Assembly (NCBI GenBank): GCA_963789265.1
Contig: CAWBKB010000003.1
Span: 64,001-128,000, forward strand
Reading direction: 5' to 3'
DNA: 64,000 nt
Origin: an uncultured delta proteobacterium
Lineage (GTDB): Bacteria > Desulfobacterota > Desulfomonilia > Desulfomonilales > Desulfomonilaceae
In this document: positions 62,449 to 64,000 of the stretch, one piece after another
Numbering within the stretch: the stretch's first letter is position 1
Layout of the letters: the number at the start of each line of letters is the position of its first letter
Translations under genes and position numbers: made by a program
Notes under the pieces: generated by a model
What the model was told of the DNA's origin: nothing
Databases searched by the model: none
What the model saw: the letters and a program-made list of their open reading frames with translations, nothing else

Positions 62449-64000
62449 CTATCGAACACCCTTGGCTTCGGCTATGCGCCGGGCATGCGTAGCCACAACT
62501 TGAGAAATGTTCTTGCTCTTGGCCAGTTTTCTCAGATCCAACTCTCTAAAATGGGGCAAAAATTGTATGACTATGGGGATTGGAGTCTTGGAATTGAATG
62601 CCAGGTTGAGCTTGACATGGTACAGCTTCGACCATTCCTTTGTTGAGGCTATCTGACGGAGCACCTCTTCGCAGACGTGCCTGGATTTGCTGATGGCATC
62701 GACCTCGGACTCCTGAATTTTGGGAGACTTGACGACAGCAAGCGCGACCATTTTGTTGCTATCGCGAACGAGAATCTCTCGAGCCTCCTTGTTCCCCATA
62801 AAGGCGAGCTTCACCTTCTCCGCTACCCCCATTCGCAAAATCTGATGGTAAAGGCTCTCGGTACTGAGCTTCCGACAACTCCCATTCGGGAAGTTCACCA
62901 GGCACAGTAACTCGTGTGATCTCCTGGGGAATCAATTTCATCGCCTCGGTGAAAAACTCAGATAGCGGCTTATCGGCTGTTATCGGAAATTGTTCATGCG
63001 CGGGACGGACAAGAAACCTGGAGCTATTCCATGCTATCATGGCAGCCATGGCCTCAAGCGGTCCTTCCTTTCCATCTACATGAGCATGGAGAATTCGAGC
63101 ACGGTCTCTAACGATCTGCCCCGATCCTTCTTCGCACAGTACCGACACCTCCATAGGAATCGGCGAACCTTCCAGAGCTGAAAGCACTTCCAGAAACGTC
63201 CATCGCTTCCGGACTTCCGGACATCAACTGTAGCCACGTCCGATCCTGATCCGGAGTACTCGGTCCTGCCTCCGGTCTGTTGACAAGCTCTTCGGCGGCT
63301 TGCTGGTCGATGTTTTCCGTATGGAAATGCGTGCGTAGCGTGTAGCGAAACTTAAGATCGGTGGTCTGCAACATAGCCTCGACAGCCTGAGGCCCTTCCA
63401 GGCCCCCCCACCTGGCTCCAATCATTCTGCCCCGTCTGAAAAAGACTCGACCGGAATGCTTCACAGCTTCCAACACAATCGTCCCGGAGCGGGCTCCCTG
63501 AGAGGATGCTCGGATAAGACCGCCCAATCCGCACATGTTCAGCGGCCCTTCTACCTTAATTTCTCCCTGCCCCTGAAGAAGCGACTCTTCAAAACCGTCG
63601 ATTCGTTTCCTCAGTTCCGGTTCATCCGCCACCAACTCGGCTAGCTTCGCTACCACCGCGGAGCTCTTCTCCAGGAGCTTCCGGTTTTCCAAGAGTGTCT
63701 CGATAACCCTGGGGCTCTGCCAGTTATCCAAAATATATAGAGCAGTTTCTTCCAGTATAGTTGGGCACGAGGCAGCTACTGCAATCAGGGACTCTTCACG
63801 AATTGTTTCCCGTATGAGGAAATCCATGACCGAGGGGTGGAGATCCGATCCGAAACCCTTGCGGTATGTGCGCATATCAAGCGACTCGAGAGTCTTTCTG
63901 GCTTCTTCTCTGATCTCCTGAGATTCATCGTGGGAAAGGTAACTGAGCAGAACTAGCTTTTCAGTTGTGGATACTGGTGCCTTGCCCCGCGCCGCTTTGA
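62449..64000 (-). CDS. Large protein with two DUF4388-like domains and conserved helical C-terminus; 5' end outside window; frameshifts at ~63197 and ~62860
   Basis: SGTI.L..GRVFFRRG..A..LEG..A; EKVKLA..GNKEAR.IL.RDSN; frame open to 64000. Confidence 0.75.

Overview
64 kb of chromosomal DNA from a GC-moderate anaerobe. Gene content (cytochrome c3, c/b-type multiheme fusions, Psr/Phs complex, MglAB) points to Desulfobacterota, probably Desulfomonile-like (inference). Housekeeping genes: degP/Q, dedA, glucan phosphorylase, dnaE, mlaEFD, dnaJ, tkt, thiL and an LpxL-type acyltransferase. Also present: two 7-heme c/cytochrome b fusion genes, a psrABC-yeeE-yeeE-Rieske/cytb operon, an MglA/MglB/PilZ/adenylate cyclase cluster, and a probably sigma54-driven type IV pilus minor-pilin/PilY1 cluster. 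Top finding: pilY1 appears to start 120 bp upstream of the called ORF, with a strong RBS and signal peptide. It is interrupted by one in-frame TGA followed 12 nt later by a hairpin resembling the fdhF SECIS, which makes it a candidate selenocysteine-containing, very Cys-rich pilus adhesin. Second: several families of short IS-end-bounded cassettes carry REP clusters, nest in each other with visible target duplications, and one sits in frame in a prepilin leader. About eight single-base frameshifts in otherwise intact genes suggest indel errors in the assembly, so single-base claims need read-level checking.
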